A DNA stretch of 64,000 nt, from the NCBI RefSeq assembly GCF_024298765.1, contig NZ_CP101210.1, one strand, 5' to 3'. The notes below the pieces were generated by a model. The model saw only the letters and a program-made list of their open reading frames with translations, made no database searches and was not told the DNA's origin. The number at the start of each line of letters is the position of its first letter. Position 1 is the stretch's first letter. Made by a program: the position numbers and the translations under genes. Of this stretch, positions 22,754-34,867 are shown in pieces. This stretch comes from Escherichia coli (GTDB lineage Bacteria > Pseudomonadota > Gammaproteobacteria > Enterobacterales > Enterobacteriaceae).

Positions 22754-23065
22754 ATGGGTAAACTAACGCTGCTGTTGCTGGCTATTCTGGTCTGGCTACA
22801 GTATTCGCTGTGGTTCGGTAAGAACGGTATACATGACTATACTCGCGTCAATAATGATGTGGCGGCACAGCAAGCTACAAACGCGAAACTTAAAGCGCGA
22901 AACGATCAGCTTTTTGCCGAAATTGACGATCTCAATGGCGGCCAGGAGGCGCTCGAAGAGCGTGCGCGTAATGAACTCAGCATGACCAGGCCGGGCGAAA
23001 CTTTTTATCGTCTGGTGCCTGACGCGTCGAAGCGCGCACAGTCTGCGGGGCAAAACAATCGATAA
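22754..23065 (+). CDS. ftsB: cell division protein FtsB
   Basis: 103-aa ORF; N-terminal TM segment plus coiled coil; recognised as FtsB. Confidence 0.9.
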
Positions 23066-23083
23066 ATCAGCCCGGGAATTAAC

Positions 23084-23794
23084 ATGGCAACCACTCATTT
23101 GGATGTTTGCGCCGTGGTTCCGGCGGCCGGATTTGGCCGTCGAATGCAAACGGAATGTCCTAAGCAATATCTCTCAATCGGTAATCAAACCATTCTTGAA
23201 CACTCGGTGCATGCGCTGCTGGCGCATCCCCGGGTGAAACATGTCGTCATTGCCATAAGTCCTGGCGATAGCCGCTTTGCACAACTTCCTCTGGCGAATC
23301 ATCCACAAATCACGGTTGTTGATGGTGGTGAAGAGCGTGCCGATTCCGTGCTGGCAGGTCTGAAAGCCGCTGGCGACGCGCAGTGGGTATTGGTGCATGA
23401 CGCCGCTCGTCCTTGTCTGCATCAGGATGACCTCGCGCGATTGTTGGCGTTGAGCGAAACCAGCCGCACGGGAGGGATCCTCGCCGCGCCGGTGCGCGAT
23501 ACGATGAAACGCGCCGAGACGGGTAAAAATGCCATTGCTCACACCGTTGATCGCAATGGCTTATGGCACGCACTGACGCCGCAATTTTTCCCTCGTGAGT
23601 TGTTACATGACTGTCTGACTCGCGCTTTAAATGAAGGCGCTACCATTACCGATGAGGCCTCGGCGCTGGAATATTGCGGTTTTCATCCGCAACTTGTTGA
23701 AGGCCGCGCGGATAACATCAAGGTAACGCGTCCGGAGGATTTGGCGCTGGCCGAATTTTACCTCACCCGAACCATCCATCAGGAGAATACATAA
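23084..23794 (+). CDS. ispD: 2-C-methyl-D-erythritol 4-phosphate cytidylyltransferase
   Basis: 236-aa ORF recognised as IspD. Confidence 0.95.
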
Positions 23795-24273
23795 TGCGAA
23801 TTGGACACGGTTTTGACGTACACGCCTTTGGCGGTGAAGGCCCAATTATCATTGGTGGCGTGCGCATTCCTTACGAAAAAGGGCTGCTGGCGCATTCTGA
23901 TGGCGACGTGGCGCTGCATGCGTTGACCGATGCATTGCTTGGCGCGGCGGCGCTGGGAGATATCGGCAAGCTGTTCCCGGATACCGATCCGGCATTTAAA
24001 GGTGCCGACAGCCGCGAGCTGTTGCGCGAAGCCTGGCGTCGTATTCAGGCGAAAGGTTATGCCCTCGGCAACGTCGATGTCACTATCATCGCGCAGGCGC
24101 CGAAGATGCTGCCGCATATCCCACAAATGCGCGTGTTTATTGCCGAAGACCTCGGCTGCCATATGGATGATGTTAACGTGAAAGCCACTACTACGGAAAA
24201 ACTGGGATTTACCGGACGTGGGGAAGGGATTGCCTGTGAAGCGGTGGCGCTACTCATTAAGGCAACAAAATGA
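23794..24273 (+). CDS. ispF: 2-C-methyl-D-erythritol 2,4-cyclodiphosphate synthase
   Basis: 159-aa [15 protein letters not shown]... recognised as IspF. Confidence 0.95.
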
Positions 24274-25299
24274 TTGAGTTTGATAATCTCACTTACCTCC
24301 ACGGTAAACCGCAAGGCACCGGGCTGCTGAAAGCCAATCCGGAAGACTTTGTGGTGGTGGAAGATTTGGGCTTTGAGCCTGATGGTGAAGGTGAGCATAT
24401 TTTGGTTAGAATCCTCAAAAACGGCTGCAATACCCGTTTTGTGGCGGATGCACTGGCGAAATTCCTGAAAATTCATGCCCGTGAAGTCAGCTTCGCTGGG
24501 CAAAAAGACAAACATGCTGTTACGGAACAGTGGTTATGTGCTCGCGTGCCGGGCAAGGAAATGCCCGATCTGAGCGCCTTTCAACTGGAAGGCTGCCAGG
24601 TGATGGAGTATGCGCGGCACAAGCGCAAGCTGCGTTTAGGCGCGCTGAAAGGTAACGCCTTTACCCTGGTTCTGCGCGAAGTGAGCAATCGCGATGACGT
24701 TGAACAACGTCTGATCGATATTTGCGTAAAAGGTGTACCGAACTACTTCGGTGCCCAACGTTTTGGGATTGGCGGTAGCAACTTGCAGGGCGCGCTGCGC
24801 TGGGCGCAAACCAATACTCCGGTGCGCGATCGCAATAAACGTAGTTTTTGGTTGTCGGCAGCCCGCAGTGCGTTGTTTAATCAGATTGTTGCTGAGCGCC
24901 TCAAAAAAGCAGACGTTAATCAAGTTGTTGACGGCGATGCGCTACAATTAGCCGGACGTGGTAGCTGGTTTGTCGCAACCACCGAAGAACTGGCGGAATT
25001 ACAGCGTCGCGTCAACGATAAAGAGCTGATGATAACCGCCGCATTGCCGGGCAGTGGCGAATGGGGAACTCAGCGTGAAGCGCTGGCATTCGAACAAGCA
25101 GCTGTCGCCGAAGAAACTGAATTACAAACCTTACTGGTGCGCGAAAAAGTTGAAGCCGCGCGCAGAGCGATGCTGCTGTATCCGCAACAATTAAGCTGGA
25201 ACTGGTGGGATGACGTCACCGTAGAAATCCGTTTCTGGCTTCCGGCGGGAAGTTTTGCAACCAGCGTTGTCAGGGAACTTATCAACACAACAGGTGATT

Positions 25300-25319
<20 letters not shown>
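24270..25319 (+). CDS. truD: tRNA pseudouridine(13) synthase
   Basis: 349-aa ORF recognised as TruD. Confidence 0.9.
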
Positions 25320-26681
<1,362 letters not shown>

Positions 26682-26820
26682 AACGTGAGGAAATACCTGG
26701 ATTTTTCCTGGTTATTTTGCCGCAGGTCAGCGTATCGTGAACATCTTTTCCAGTGTTCAGTATGGTGCCTTGCACGGTAATTATGTCACTGGTTATTAAC
26801 CAATTTTTCCTGGGGGATAA

Positions 26821-27960
26821 ATGAGCGCGGGAAGCCCAAAATTCACCGTTCGCCGCATTGCGGCTTTGTCACTGGTTTCGCTATGGCTGGCAGGCTGTTC
26901 TGACACTTCAAATCCACCGGCACCGGTCAGCTCCGTTAATGGCAATGCGCCTGCAAATACCAATTCTGGTATGTTGATTACGCCGCCGCCGAAAATGGGG
27001 ACGACGTCTACAGCGCAGCAACCGCAAATTCAGCCGGTACAGCAGCCACAAATTCAGGCTACTCAACAACCGCAAATCCAGCCAGTACAGCCAGTAGCTC
27101 AGCAGCCGGTACAGATGGAAAACGGACGCATCGTCTACAACCGTCAGTATGGGAACATTCCGAAAGGCAGTTATAGCGGCAGTACCTATACCGTGAAAAA
27201 AGGCGACACACTTTTCTATATCGCCTGGATTACTGGCAACGATTTCCGTGACCTTGCTCAGCGCAACAATATTCAGGCACCATATGCGCTGAACGTCGGT
27301 CAGACCTTACAGGTGGGTAATGCTTCCGGTACGCCAATCACTGGCGGAAATGCCATTACCCAGGCCGACGCAGCAGAGCAAGGAGTTGTGATCAAGCCTG
27401 CACAAAATTCCACCGTTGCTGTTGCGTCGCAACCGACAATTACGTATTCTGAGTCTTCGGGTGAACAGAGTGCTAACAAAATGTTGCCGAACAACAAGCC
27501 AACTGCGACCACGGTCACAGCGCCTGTAACGGTACCAACAGCAAGCACAACCGAGCCGACTGTCAGCAGTACATCAACCAGTACGCCTATCTCCACCTGG
27601 CGCTGGCCGACTGAGGGCAAAGTGATCGAAACCTTTGGCGCTTCTGAGGGGGGCAACAAGGGGATTGATATCGCAGGCAGCAAAGGACAGGCAATTATCG
27701 CGACCGCAGATGGCCGCGTTGTTTATGCCGGTAACGCGCTGCGCGGCTACGGTAATCTGATTATCATCAAACATAATGATGATTACCTGAGTGCCTACGC
27801 CCATAACGACACAATGCTGGTCCGGGAACAACAAGAAGTGAAGGCGGGGCAAAAAATAGCAACCATGGGTAGCACCGGAACCAGTTCAACACGCTTGCAT
27901 TTTGAAATTCGTTACAAGGGGAAATCCGTAAACCCGCTGCGTTATTTGCCGCAGCGATAA
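26821..27960 (+). CDS. nlpD: murein hydrolase activator lipoprotein NlpD (LysM + M23 domain)
   Basis: 379-aa ORF with lipoprotein signal (LAGCS), Q/P-rich repeat linker and LysM/M23 regions; the rpoS promoter is known to lie within this gene in E. coli. Confidence 0.9.
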   Translation: MSAGSPKFTVRRIAALSLVSLWLAGCSDTSNPPAPVSSVNGNAPANTNSGMLITPPPKMGTTSTAQQPQIQPVQQPQIQATQQPQIQPVQPVAQQPVQMENGRIVYNRQYGNIPKGSYSGSTYTVKKGDTLFYIAWITGNDFRDLAQRNNIQAPYALNVGQTLQVGNASGTPITGGNAITQADAAEQGVVIKPAQNSTVAVASQPTITYSESSGEQSANKMLPNNKPTATTVTAPVTVPTASTTEPTVSSTSTSTPISTWRWPTEGKVIETFGASEGGNKGIDIAGSKGQAIIATADGRVVYAGNALRGYGNLIIIKHNDDYLSAYAHNDTMLVREQQEVKAGQKIATMGSTGTSSTRLHFEIRYKGKSVNPLRYLPQR

Positions 27961-28022
27961 ATCGGCGGAACCAGGCTTTTGCTTGAATGTTCCGTCAAGG
28001 GATCACGGGTAGGAGCCACCTT

Positions 28023-29015
28023 ATGAGTCAGAATACGCTGAAAGTTCATGATTTAAATGAAGATGCGGAATTTGATGAGAACGGAGTTGAGGTTTTTGAC
28101 GAAAAGGCCTTAGTAGAAGAGGAACCCAGTGATAACGATTTGGCCGAAGAGGAACTGTTATCGCAGGGAGCCACACAGCGTGTGCTGGACGCGACTCAGC
28201 TTTACCTTGGTGAGATTGGTTATTCACCACTGTTAACGGCCGAAGAAGAAGTTTATTTTGCGCGTCGCGCACTGCGTGGAGATGTCGCCTCTCGCCGCCG
28301 GATGATCGAGAGTAACTTGCGTCTGGTGGTAAAAATTGCCCGCCGTTATGGCAATCGTGGTCTGGCGTTGCTGGACCTGATCGAAGAGGGCAACCTGGGG
28401 CTGATCCGCGCGGTAGAGAAGTTTGACCCGGAACGTGGTTTCCGCTTCTCAACATACGCAACCTGGTGGATTCGCCAGACGATCGAACGGGCGATTATGA
28501 ACCAAACCCGTACTATTCGTTTGCCGATTCACATCGTAAAGGAGCTGAACGTTTACCTGCGAACCGCACGCGAGTTGTCCCATAAACTGGACCACGAACC
28601 AAGTGCGGAAGAGATCGCAGAGCAACTGGATAAGCCAGTTGATGACGTCAGCCGTATGCTTCGTCTTAACGAGCGCATTACCTCGGTAGACACCCCGCTG
28701 GGTGGTGATTCCGAAAAAGCGTTGCTGGACATCCTGGCCGATGAAAAAGAGAACGGTCCGGAAGATACCACGCAAGATGACGATATGAAGCAGAGCATCG
28801 TCAAATGGCTGTTCGAGCTGAACGCCAAACAGCGTGAAGTACTGGCACGTCGATTCGGTTTGCTGGGGTACGAAGCGGCAACACTGGAAGATGTAGGTCG
28901 TGAAATTGGCCTCACCCGTGAACGTGTTCGCCAGATTCAGGTTGAAGGCCTGCGCCGTTTGCGCGAAATCCTGCAAACGCAGGGGCTGAATATCGAAGCG
29001 CTGTTCCGCGAATAA
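28023..29015 (+). CDS. rpoS: RNA polymerase sigma factor RpoS (sigma-38)
   Basis: Track ORF 27987..29015; 330-aa protein from [21 protein letters not shown] recognised as RpoS; codon 33 is GAG (Glu). Confidence 0.95.
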   Translation: MSQNTLKVHDLNEDAEFDENGVEVFDEKALVEEEPSDNDLAEEELLSQGATQRVLDATQLYLGEIGYSPLLTAEEEVYFARRALRGDVASRRRMIESNLRLVVKIARRYGNRGLALLDLIEEGNLGLIRAVEKFDPERGFRFSTYATWWIRQTIERAIMNQTRTIRLPIHIVKELNVYLRTARELSHKLDHEPSAEEIAEQLDKPVDDVSRMLRLNERITSVDTPLGGDSEKALLDILADEKENGPEDTTQDDDMKQSIVKWLFELNAKQREVLARRFGLLGYEAATLEDVGREIGLTRERVRQIQVEGLRRLREILQTQGLNIEALFRE

Positions 29016-29030
29016 GTAAGCATCTGTCAG

Positions 29031-29066
29031 AAAGGCCAGTCTCTTATGAGGCTGGCCTTTTTCTTT
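29031..29066 (+). terminator. Rho-independent terminator after rpoS
   Basis: 13-bp stem AAAGGCCAGTCTC / GAGGCTGGCCTTT with TTAT loop, followed by a T-run. Confidence 0.7.
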
Positions 29067-29092
29067 TGTATGGGGAGTTGGTATGTTTCGTC

Positions 29093-29125
29093 GCCTGGAT
29101 AAGACACGTCAGCGTCCCATCCGGC
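29093..29125. repeat. REP-like palindrome
   Basis: GCCTGGATAAGACACGTCAGCGTCCCATCCGGC, a REP-type imperfect palindrome between rpoS and hosA. Confidence 0.5.
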
Positions 29126-29135
29126 AATCAACATC

Positions 29136-29543
29136 CTATTTGCTCATCATCTTGCGCACCAGCTGCATAAACAGCTCCTGCTCTTCTCCACTCAAACGCC
29201 CCAAAAATTCCTCATCCACACTGTCACCTATCGGTATCGCCGCAGCAAGTATCTTTTCGCCTTCGGCAGTCAGCCAGACAAAGCGTCGCCGCTTGTCAGC
29301 GGCGTCATGTTCACGTCTGACTAAGCCACGATTTTCCATTCTTGCCAACATTTCTGCCAGCGTTGCTTTGGTGCTGACTGCTGCTTCTATCAGTGCCACC
29401 TGTTCGATACCAGGCTTATCAGCAATGGCGCGCATCACCGCGTACTGTGGTTTGGTCAGGTCAGGTAACTCGTGCTGCCAGCGAGCTGTATGCTGCTGAA
29501 AAAGCTGTCGTAACTGATGGAACGCTTTATTTCGTAACGCCAT
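29136..29543 (-). CDS. hosA: MarR/SlyA-family transcriptional regulator HosA
   Basis: Track ORF 29136..29576; likely 135-aa protein from MALRNKAFHQLRQLF; winged-helix MarR-like sequence; recognised as the SlyA homologue found next to rpoS in non-K-12 E. coli. Confidence 0.75.
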   Translation of the reverse strand: MALRNKAFHQLRQLFQQHTARWQHELPDLTKPQYAVMRAIADKPGIEQVALIEAAVSTKATLAEMLARMENRGLVRREHDAADKRRRFVWLTAEGEKILAAAIPIGDSVDEEFLGRLSGEEQELFMQLVRKMMSK

Positions 29544-29658
29544 GTAAACTCCGGGCAAACTATCTGCCGCTATCATAGCGGTTTTTCAGTGACGAAGAAG
29601 ATGTTGTTACTTTTCAGCGCTTGCCGCGATGAAAACAGAGGCGTATTTTAATAATAAC

Positions 29659-29672
29659 GTTCGTATACGAAC
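29659..29672. promoter_or_regulatory. Perfect 14-bp palindrome GTTCGTATACGAAC upstream of ecdB (candidate MarR-type operator)
   Basis: Perfect dyad read from the sequence, 17 bp upstream of the ecdB start, in the hosA/ecdB divergent region. Confidence 0.45.
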
Positions 29673-29689
29673 AATTTAGAGAGTAAGCA

Positions 29690-30283
29690 ATGAAACTGAT
29701 CGTCGGGATGACAGGGGCTACCGGTGCGCCTCTTGGTGTGGCATTACTGCAAGCGCTGCGGGAGATGCCGAATGTCGAGACTCATCTGGTGATGTCGACG
29801 TGGGCGAAAACCACCATTGAACTGGAAACGCCTTACAGCGCCCGCGATGTTGCTGCCCTCGCAGACTTCAGCCATAACCCGGCGGATCAGGCGGCGACCA
29901 TCTCCTCAGGTTCCTTTCGTACCGACGGCATGATCGTTATTCCGTGCAGTATGAAAACGCTCGCCGGTATCCGTGCCGGTTACGCCGATGGCCTGGTGGG
30001 GCGCGCGGCGGACGTCGTGCTCAAAGAAGGCCGCAAACTAGTGCTGGTGCCGCGTGAAATGCCGCTTAGCACCATCCATCTCGAAAATATGCTCGCACTT
30101 TCACGCATGGGCGTGGCGATGGTGCCGCCGATGCCTGCCTTTTATAACCATCCCGAAACGGTAGATGACATTGTCCACCACGTGGTAGCCCGCGTGCTGG
30201 ATCAATTTGGCCTCGAACATCCCCACGCCAGGCGCTGGCAAGGATTGCCGCAGGTCCGGAATTTTTCTCAGGAGAATGAATAA
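29690..30283 (+). CDS. ecdB: UbiX-family flavin prenyltransferase (Pad1-like; partner of a UbiD-type decarboxylase)
   Basis: 197-aa ORF MKLIVGMTGATGAPLG... typical UbiX/Pad1 fold; symbol from memory of E. coli O157-type annotation (also called pad1/kpdB). Confidence 0.8.
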   Translation: MKLIVGMTGATGAPLGVALLQALREMPNVETHLVMSTWAKTTIELETPYSARDVAALADFSHNPADQAATISSGSFRTDGMIVIPCSMKTLAGIRAGYADGLVGRAADVVLKEGRKLVLVPREMPLSTIHLENMLALSRMGVAMVPPMPAFYNHPETVDDIVHHVVARVLDQFGLEHPHARRWQGLPQVRNFSQENE

Positions 30284-31710
30284 TGGCATTTGATGATTTA
30301 CGCAGCTTTTTACAGGCGCTTGATGACCACGGCCAGTTACTGAAAATCAGCGAAGAGGTGAACGCGGAACCGGATCTGGCAGCCGCAGCCAACGCCACCG
30401 GGCGTATCGGCGACGGCGCGCCCGCGCTTTGGTTTGATAATATTCGCGGCTTTATCGATGCCCGCGTGGCAATGAACACCATCGGTTCCTGGCAGAACCA
30501 CGCGATTTCCCTCGGCCTGCCGCCAAACACCCCGGTTAAAAAACAGATTGATGAGTTTATCCGCCGCTGGGATAACTTCCCCATTGCCCCGGAGCGCCGC
30601 GCCAATCCAGCCTGGGCGCAGAACACCGTCGATGGCGACGAGATCAACCTGTTCGATATTCTGCCACTGTTTCGTTTAAACGACGGTGATGGCGGTTTCT
30701 ATCTCGACAAAGCGTGCGTGGTTTCCCGCGATCCGCTTGATCCGGATAACTTCGGCAAGCAGAACGTCGGCATCTACCGTATGGAAGTGAAGGGTAAGCG
30801 TAAGCTCGGTCTGCAACCGGTGCCGATGCACGATATCGCCCTGCATCTGCATAAAGCGGAAGAGCGCGGTGAAGATCTGCCGATTGCAATCACGCTCGGT
30901 AACGATCCGATCATCACCCTGATGGGGGCCACGCCGCTGAAATACGATCAGTCTGAGTATGAAATGGCAGGCGCGCTGCGCGAAAGCCCGTACCCGATCG
31001 CCACCGCCCCGCTGACCGGTTTTGATGTGCCGTGGGGCTCGGAAGTGATCCTCGAAGGGGTCATCGAAAGCCGTAAACGCGAAATCGAAGGGCCGTTCGG
31101 TGAGTTTACCGGGCACTACTCCGGCGGGCGTAATATGACCGTCGTGCGCATTGATAAAGTCTCTTATCGCAGCAAACCCATTTTTGAATCGCTCTATCTC
31201 GGGATGCCGTGGACGGAAATCGACTACCTGATGGGGCCAGCCACCTGCGTGCCGCTGTATCAGCAACTGAAAGCCGAGTTCCCGGAAGTGCAGGCGGTGA
31301 ACGCCATGTACACCCACGGCCTTCTGGCGATTATCTCCACCAAAAAACGCTACGGCGGCTTTGCCCGCGCGGTGGGCCTGCGTGCGATGACCACGCCGCA
31401 CGGTCTGGGCTACGTGAAGATGGTGATTATGGTCGATGAAGACGTTGATCCGTTCAACCTGCCGCAGGTGATGTGGGCGCTCTCCTCGAAAGTGAACCCG
31501 GCAGGGGATTTGGTGCAGTTGCCGAATATGTCCGTGCTGGAACTCGACCCCGGCTCAAGCCCGGCCGGTATCACCGACAAGCTGATTATCGACGCCACCA
31601 CGCCTGTCGCTCCGGACAACCGTGGTCACTACAGCCAGCCGGTGGTGGATTTACCGGAAACCAAAGCCTGGGCTGAAAAACTGACCGCTATGCTGGCCGC
31701 ACGTCAATAA
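30283..31710 (+). CDS. ecdC: UbiD-family (prenyl-FMN dependent) aromatic acid decarboxylase, catalytic subunit
   Basis: 475-aa ORF, start overlapping the ecdB stop; recognised as the UbiD family (yclC-like). Confidence 0.8.
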   Translation: MAFDDLRSFLQALDDHGQLLKISEEVNAEPDLAAAANATGRIGDGAPALWFDNIRGFIDARVAMNTIGSWQNHAISLGLPPNTPVKKQIDEFIRRWDNFPIAPERRANPAWAQNTVDGDEINLFDILPLFRLNDGDGGFYLDKACVVSRDPLDPDNFGKQNVGIYRMEVKGKRKLGLQPVPMHDIALHLHKAEERGEDLPIAITLGNDPIITLMGATPLKYDQSEYEMAGALRESPYPIATAPLTGFDVPWGSEVILEGVIESRKREIEGPFGEFTGHYSGGRNMTVVRIDKVSYRSKPIFESLYLGMPWTEIDYLMGPATCVPLYQQLKAEFPEVQAVNAMYTHGLLAIISTKKRYGGFARAVGLRAMTTPHGLGYVKMVIMVDEDVDPFNLPQVMWALSSKVNPAGDLVQLPNMSVLELDPGSSPAGITDKLIIDATTPVAPDNRGHYSQPVVDLPETKAWAEKLTAMLAARQ

Positions 31711-31720
31711 GGAGAACAAG

Positions 31721-31957
31721 ATGATTTGTCCACGTTGTGCCGATGAACAGATTGAAGTGATGGCGAAATCGCCGGTAAAAGATGTCTGGATGGTCTACCA
31801 GTGCCAGCATTGCCTCTATACCTGGCGCGATACCGAACCGCTACGCCGCACCAGCCGCGAACATTATCCCGAAGCGTTCCGCATGACGCAGAAAGATATT
31901 GATGACGCGCCGATGGTGCCGAGCATCCCGCCGCTGCTGGCGGAAGGTAAGCGCTAA
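31721..31957 (+). CDS. ecdD: small subunit of the phenolic acid decarboxylase (YclD-like, Cys-rich)
   Basis: 78-aa ORF with CxxC...CxxC spacing, directly downstream of the UbiD-like gene. Confidence 0.65.
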   Translation: MICPRCADEQIEVMAKSPVKDVWMVYQCQHCLYTWRDTEPLRRTSREHYPEAFRMTQKDIDDAPMVPSIPPLLAEGKR

Positions 31958-31958
31958 A

Positions 31959-31990
31959 TAAAAGGTCCGATGCCCATCGGACCTTTTATT
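31959..31990. terminator. Bidirectional Rho-independent terminator between convergent ecdD and ygbN
   Basis: Stem AAAGGTCCGATG / CATCGGACCTTT flanked by an A-run on one side and a T-run on the other. Confidence 0.65.
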
Positions 31991-31994
31991 AAGG

Positions 31995-33359
31995 TCAAAT
32001 TACCGCCCATACGCACCAGGTAATTAAGAATCCGGTAAAACCGAGAATGGTCGTTAACACTGTCCAGGTTTTCAGACCGTCTGCTACCGACAACCCCAGA
32101 TATTTGGTCACAATCCAGAACCCTGAGTCATTAATATGTGACGCACCAAGCCCACCAAAGCAGGCTGCCAGCGTCACCAATACGCACTGAATCGGATTCA
32201 ATCCCATCACCGCTTCTGAGAGTAACCCGCCGGTTGTCAGGATTGCTACGGTTGCTGATCCCTGCGATGCACGCAGCGCCAGTGAAATAATAAATGCGGC
32301 TGGTAACAGAGGCAGGTCAATCATTTGTAGCATGTTGGCAAGGGCTTTGCCGACGCCCGATTCCACCAGCACTTTGCCAAATACCCCTCCAGCACCAGTA
32401 ACCAAAATCACTACCGCCGCAGTGGGAAGGGCTGAGCCCATAATGTCGCTGGTGTGTTGTAAGCTCCAGCCGCGACGTAAAGCCAATAACCAGAATGCCA
32501 GCACCAGCGCAATCATTAGAGCTACCATTGGTGAGCCGATCAGCTGTAGCGTACCAAGCAGGGGATGCGAAGGCGGCATCAGTGTTGCGGAAACCGTACC
32601 CGCCATGATAATCGCGATAGGAATAACAATTAGCGAGGTGACCAGCGCGACGCCCGGTGGATTTATTTTATCGCTTAATTTTGTCGCGCCTTCCTCACTG
32701 GCCGGAGCCAGTTGCATCTGTTCCAGTACCTCGACCGACATCGCATATTGGCGCTTATTGATTATTTTCGCTGCAAAGTAGCCAACAATCCCTACGGGAA
32801 TAGAAATCGCAATACCGATGATGGTTAGCCAGCCGATGTCTGCGTGGAGTAACCCCGCTGCGGCGACAGGGCCTGGATGCGGCGGTACCGCCACGTGAAC
32901 AGTGAGCATGATCCCAGCGACAGGCAGGCCAAATTTGAGTGGTGATATTTTGGCAACCTTGGCAAAACCGTAAATGATTGGCGCAAGAATAATAAAGCCG
33001 ACATCAAAGAAGACGGGAATACCGAGGAAGAACGCTGCCAGAGTCAGCGCAGCGATAGTTCGTTTGTCGCCTAACTTGCGACTGAAATAATTAGCCAGTG
33101 ACTCTGCACCACCAGAGTGTTCGATCATACGCCCCAGCATAGCGCCCAGACCAATAATAATAGTGACGGAACCAAGCACACCGCCCATCCCGGCGATCAT
33201 CACTTTACCCACTTCGCCCGCCGGTATACCCGCCGCAAGTGCGACTAACAGGCTGACGAGGAGCAGAGCAACGAATGGTTGTACCTTTGCCTTGATGACC
33301 AGCAGCAACAGCATGATTACGCCAGCTAACGCAATGCATAACAATGTAATTGTGGACAT
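31995..33359 (-). CDS. ygbN: GntP-family permease YgbN
   Basis: 454-aa polytopic membrane ORF recognised as YgbN. Confidence 0.85.
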   Translation of the reverse strand: MSTITLLCIALAGVIMLLLLVIKAKVQPFVALLLVSLLVALAAGIPAGEVGKVMIAGMGGVLGSVTIIIGLGAMLGRMIEHSGGAESLANYFSRKLGDKRTIAALTLAAFFLGIPVFFDVGFIILAPIIYGFAKVAKISPLKFGLPVAGIMLTVHVAVPPHPGPVAAAGLLHADIGWLTIIGIAISIPVGIVGYFAAKIINKRQYAMSVEVLEQMQLAPASEEGATKLSDKINPPGVALVTSLIVIPIAIIMAGTVSATLMPPSHPLLGTLQLIGSPMVALMIALVLAFWLLALRRGWSLQHTSDIMGSALPTAAVVILVTGAGGVFGKVLVESGVGKALANMLQMIDLPLLPAAFIISLALRASQGSATVAILTTGGLLSEAVMGLNPIQCVLVTLAACFGGLGASHINDSGFWIVTKYLGLSVADGLKTWTVLTTILGFTGFLITWCVWAVI

Positions 33360-33447
33360 GGGAAACCCTGTCTGAAAGTTATAGTTAACCTACCCCATCC
33401 GTAGATGGGGGGATGTATGGGTACGTTGTAATTAGGGATTGAGCGAA

Positions 33448-34224
33448 TTAGCGCCAGGCGTCAAACCAGCCAAGCCCTTCTTCGGTGAGGCCACGAGGTT
33501 TGTATTCACAACCGATCCAGCCCTGATATCCCACTTCATCGAACAGGCGGAACAGCCACGGATAGTTGATTTCTCCATCGTCCGGTTCATGTCGATCAGG
33601 TAGTCCGGCAATTTGTACGTGCGCATATTTCCCGGCGTAGTCGCGGATTAAATGCGTCAGGTTGCCATCTACTTTTTGCGCATGGAAAGTATCTAGTTGA
33701 ATAAAAACGTTATCTCGCGCAACCTCTTCAACAATAGCCAGTGCCTGATACTGGCTGGAGAAGAGATAATGAGGCTTAACGCCGGGGCTGAGTGCTTCAA
33801 CCAATATTCGCTTGCCGTGTGGCGCAAAGTGGTCGGCAGCGTAGCGGAGATTATCAATAAATACTGCCCGGTACCGTTCAGCATCTTCGCCAGCGGGCAC
33901 GACGCCTGCCATCACATGGACTTGTTCACAATTGAGCGCCAATGCATATTCCAGTGCCAGGTCGATGTCTGCACGTGCTTCGTGCTCACGTCCGGGAAGG
34001 GCGGATAATCCCCATTCTCCCGCATTAATATCTCCGGGAGCGGTATTGAACAGCGCCAGCGTCAGGTGGTTTTGCGCCAGTTGCTGCTGGATTTGCTGGG
34101 GGGAGTAGTCATAGGGAAACAGAAACTCCACAGCATCGAACCCGGCTTTTCGCGCTGCGGCGAAGCGTTCAATAAAAGGCACTTCGGTGAACATCATGGA
34201 TAAATTAGCTGCAAAACGAGGCAT
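33448..34224 (-). CDS. ygbM: hydroxypyruvate isomerase-like / 2-oxo-tetronate isomerase YgbM
   Basis: 258-aa ORF, TIM-barrel sugar isomerase-like; conserved position in the ygbJKLMN cluster. Confidence 0.8.
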   Translation of the reverse strand: MPRFAANLSMMFTEVPFIERFAAARKAGFDAVEFLFPYDYSPQQIQQQLAQNHLTLALFNTAPGDINAGEWGLSALPGREHEARADIDLALEYALALNCEQVHVMAGVVPAGEDAERYRAVFIDNLRYAADHFAPHGKRILVEALSPGVKPHYLFSSQYQALAIVEEVARDNVFIQLDTFHAQKVDGNLTHLIRDYAGKYAHVQIAGLPDRHEPDDGEINYPWLFRLFDEVGYQGWIGCEYKPRGLTEEGLGWFDAWR

Positions 34225-34228
34225 TGCA

Positions 34229-34867
34229 TTAACTCCTTAATTCCGCAATTTCACCTGCGGTCAGATAACGGATCGGGCGGTCACCGAGAATAAAAATCAG
34301 CTTTGCCGTTTCCTCCAGCTCTTCCATATTGTTGGCGGCTTCTTGCAGGCTTTCACCACAAACCACTGGGCCATGATTTGCCAGTAAAAAAGCCTGATTG
34401 TCTGCTGCCAGTTCCGCCAGATCCTGTGCGATGCGTTTATCGCCCGGTCGGTAATAAGGCACCAGCGGGATATTTCCCATCCGCATCACCACGTATGGTG
34501 TGAACGGACGAATAACGTTGCTGCTGTCCAGCCCTTGCAGGCAGGAAAGCGCCGTCGACCATGTGCTGTGCAAATGCACCACCGCTTTACAGCGCGGATT
34601 GTTGCGATACAGCGCCAGATGAAAGAGCACCTCTTTCGAGGGTTTGTCACCACTTAACCATTCGCCATCCGCGGCGACTTTGGAAAGCCGCTGCGGATCG
34701 AGATTGCCCAGGCATGAACCTGTCGGTGTCGCCAGTAAATTCCCGTCAGGTAAAAGCAGCGACAGATTGCCAGCCGAACCGGTTGCATAGCCGCGCTGAA
34801 AGAATGAACTGGCAATCCGCGTCATCTCCTCTCGCAAAGACTGCTCTACTTTTGCGAAATCGCTCAT
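34229..34867 (-). CDS. ygbL: class II aldolase/adducin family protein YgbL
   Basis: 212-aa ORF; synteny. Confidence 0.8.
   Translation of the reverse strand: MSDFAKVEQSLREEMTRIASSFFQRGYATGSAGNLSLLLPDGNLLATPTGSCLGNLDPQRLSKVAADGEWLSGDKPSKEVLFHLALYRNNPRCKAVVHLHSTWSTALSCLQGLDSSNVIRPFTPYVVMRMGNIPLVPYYRPGDKRIAQDLAELAADNQAFLLANHGPVVCGESLQEAANNMEELEETAKLIFILGDRPIRYLTAGEIAELRS

Noticed and set aside
22545-22766. 73-aa ORF in the ygbE-ftsB intergenic region
   Set aside because: It overlaps the ygbE 3' end and the ftsB start region, has no RBS and no recognisable domain.
29083-29499. 138-aa plus-strand ORF opposite hosA
   Set aside because: Antisense to a well-formed MarR-family gene; serine/cysteine-rich low-complexity translation.
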